Source: a bacterium
GTDB taxonomy: Bacteria > UBA8248
Length of the DNA: 64,000 nt
Assembly: GCA_965219955.1 (NCBI GenBank)
Contig: OZ244799.1
Location: 4,096,001-4,160,000, forward strand
Reading direction: 5' to 3'
Of this stretch, positions 61,970-64,000 are shown piece after piece. The number at the start of each line of letters is the position of its first letter. Position 1 is the first letter of the stretch. The translations under genes and the position numbers were made by a program. The notes below the pieces were generated by a model, which had not been told where the DNA came from, searched no databases, and saw only the letters and a list, made by a program, of their open reading frames with translations.

Positions 61970-62170
61970 GTGGATTTCGCCAGAAAGCATCGCGCATCCA
62001 TAGAAACACTGAAAACGGAAGAAGACAGAAAGGGATTTTTAATTTTGGCCCAAAAAGAAGATCGGGAGTTTTTCGCCCTTGCAAAGAAAATCGTAGCCGC
62101 TTCAAGAAAATTTTATGGTGTTGAAAAACCGGTCAAAACAAAAAAGAGCGATGTGACGACGGCTGCATAA
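61970..62170 (+). CDS. Small low-GC hypothetical protein or gene fragment
   Basis: GTG after GGGGA; charged helical sequence; no motif. Confidence 0.3.
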   Translation: MDFARKHRASIETLKTEEDRKGFLILAQKEDREFFALAKKIVAASRKFYGVEKPVKTKKSDVTTAA

Positions 62171-62382
62171 ACCGGGCGCCGTCAACTTTGCCTGATTGGT
62201 CCCATGTAATTCTCCCTGAATTTCAATCGTGTTTTTCTGCCTCACGCTGCGCCCAATATCCAGCCTTATATACACGCAGGGCTTTTAAGCAGGCAGTCGG
62301 CGTTTTCGCACCGGAATAGTCGATGCCGATATACCGGGAAAACTTCGGCTTGCTCATGCGCAGCGTTCCTTGCGACTAAGAA

Positions 62383-63177
62383 TCAAATCCCTATCATCGC
62401 TTTCGCCTCGTCCACGCTCGCGATCTCGCGGCCCATCTCGCCCGCGATTCTCGCGATGCGCGCGACGTGGTCGGCGTTGTCGCCGAGTTCGCCGGGGTGC
62501 AAGTATGGCTCGTCTTCCGTTCCCACGCGCACGTGGCCGCCGTGCATGACCGCCATCGTCTGCATGTGGATATGGGTGGGGCCGGTGGCGCTCGCGATGT
62601 AGACCGAATCCGCCGGCAGGTTCGAGACGCGGTGTAAGAACTCGCTCAGCGAGGGCGGCGACCACGCTCCGCCCGGACGCCCGAAGAAGCACGTCATGAG
62701 GATCGGCGGCTCCACGAGGCCCTTCTGGAGGAGGTCGTCGATCATCCAGGTCTCGCCAAGTGCGAAGACCTCGAACTCGGGCTTGACGTTGTAGTCCTTG
62801 CACAGCCGCATCATCTCGGCGAGTTCCTCGCGGGGGTGGAGCATCATCACGTCGCGCGCGATGAAGGCCATGTTGTGCGCCCCCACGGCGACGGACATCA
62901 TCTCGGGATGGTTCTTCACCACCTCTTTACGCTGCTCGACCGTCTGGGTGGAGATGCCGTACTGGAGCATGATGCCGCACTTGTCGCGTATGGCCTTGGA
63001 GTGCGACGCCCAGGCCTCGTAGTTCGTGGGCGGCGCGTGGATGTGGGCGGTGGATGCGCCCGCCTCGTAGGCCTTTTCCACCGAGTCGGCGAGGACTTCG
63101 GAATCCGCGAAGCGCTGGGGAACGCCCTCGTGCATCGAGGTGTCCGCCGCGCAGTTGATGATCATCATCTTTTCCAT
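62383..63177 (-). CDS. Beta-keto acid cleavage enzyme (BKACE/DUF849, Kce-like)
   Basis: AGASTAHIH, KPEFEVF, GGHVRVGTED motifs. Confidence 0.9.
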   Translation of the reverse strand: MEKMMIINCAADTSMHEGVPQRFADSEVLADSVEKAYEAGASTAHIHAPPTNYEAWASHSKAIRDKCGIMLQYGISTQTVEQRKEVVKNHPEMMSVAVGAHNMAFIARDVMMLHPREELAEMMRLCKDYNVKPEFEVFALGETWMIDDLLQKGLVEPPILMTCFFGRPGGAWSPPSLSEFLHRVSNLPADSVYIASATGPTHIHMQTMAVMHGGHVRVGTEDEPYLHPGELGDNADHVARIARIAGEMGREIASVDEAKAMIGI

Positions 63178-63299
63178 TTGGTGTTCCTCTCTCGATGCCG
63201 CGCTAATGTACGGGAATGATATGCTTCAGTTGAGGACTCCTTTTTCCTGCTCGGGCTTTTCTCATTCCACTCTTGAGACCAAACCCAAACAGAACGGAG

Positions 63300-63420
63300 G
63301 AGGCGACCCGTAGGGACAACCCTCTGTGGTTGTCCTGCTTCGGACAGGCACGGAGGCCTGTCCCTGCGGCTCCCTCATCGGATTTTTTCAACAACCCCGA
63401 CAAGGGGGAAGCCGGTCAAG
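63300..63420. repeat. GTAG-REP doublet and TTTTCAACAACCCC end
   Basis: GTAGGGACAACCCTCTGTGGTTGTCC...GGACAGGCACGGAGGCCTGTCCC. Confidence 0.8.
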
Positions 63421-63439
63421 GTCATGTCCCCTCTCAAGT

Positions 63440-64000
63440 CTAGGCCATGCCGAGTATTTTCTTCGCCTCGTCCACCGTGGCCGGGTCGCGGCCGAGTTCG
63501 TGGCCGATGCGCGCGATGCGCGCGACCAATTGCGCGTTGTTCTCGCACAGGACGCCCTCGGTGTAGTAGGGCTCATCCTCGGTGCCCACGCGCACGTGCC
63601 CGCCCTCGATGATGGTGACGGTCTCCAGCGCGTTCGAGGTCGGCCCCGCCGAACTGCACGAGAAAACACAGCCCTCGGGCAGGTGATCGATGCGGTGGAG
63701 AAGCTCTTTCAGCGTGGCGGGAGCGTAGAAGCCGCCCGGCCAGCCGAAGAAGATCGTGATGACGACAGGATCCTCCACCAGCCCCTTGTCCAGCAGCCAT
63801 TCGAGGTTCCAAAGATGCCCCAGGTTGAAGCACTCGAACTCGGGCTTCACGCCGTGGTCGTTGAACAGGCGCACCTGGTCCTCTATCTCCTGGCGGGAGT
63901 GCTCGACGAGGAGGTCGGCGTCCACGAAGGCGAAATCATGCGACCCTAAGGCGATGGAGGCCATGTCGGGCTTCAAATGAATGATCTTCTGCCTGCCCGG
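63440..64000 (-). CDS. Second BKACE/DUF849 enzyme (5' end beyond window)
   Basis: KPDMAS, KPEFECF, GGHVRVGTEDEPY motifs. Confidence 0.88.
   Translation of the reverse strand, partial: PGRQKIIHLKPDMASIALGSHDFAFVDADLLVEHSRQEIEDQVRLFNDHGVKPEFECFNLGHLWNLEWLLDKGLVEDPVVITIFFGWPGGFYAPATLKELLHRIDHLPEGCVFSCSSAGPTSNALETVTIIEGGHVRVGTEDEPYYTEGVLCENNAQLVARIARIGHELGRDPATVDEAKKILGMA

Overview
GC-rich bacterial chromosomal window; the taxon cannot be assigned from sequence alone. It is dominated by catabolic and transport genes: thiE/thiL, two CaiB-type CoA transferases, M20 peptidase, YqeC, Fe-ADH, a complete arginine-to-spermidine operon, citrate synthase, TTT/TAXI/Aap/Opp transporters, lhgO, a TPP enzyme, tandem BKACE genes and tRNA-Pro(UGG). 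Accessory cargo includes two RelE/HigB-type TA pairs, a kinase-NUDIX fusion, an NYN nuclease, a TIR/NDT-like protein and an ankyrin protein. Intergenic regions are dense mosaics of palindromic repeats. Signals missed by the ORF track: (1) two probable selenoproteins split at in-frame UGA codons, an AhpD-like CxxU protein (30838-31521) and a UGSC-family UGSS variant (51454-52059), each with a downstream hairpin; (2) an IS1111-type IS110 element inserted at a CG core inside a REP palindrome, with a circle-junction promoter and a right-end bridge/seek-RNA candidate whose guides match its own target and donor sites; (3) a promoter - short structured RNA - terminator - NYN nuclease cassette resembling an RNA-antitoxin system. 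Product calls come from motif recognition only; no database searches or folding programs were run.
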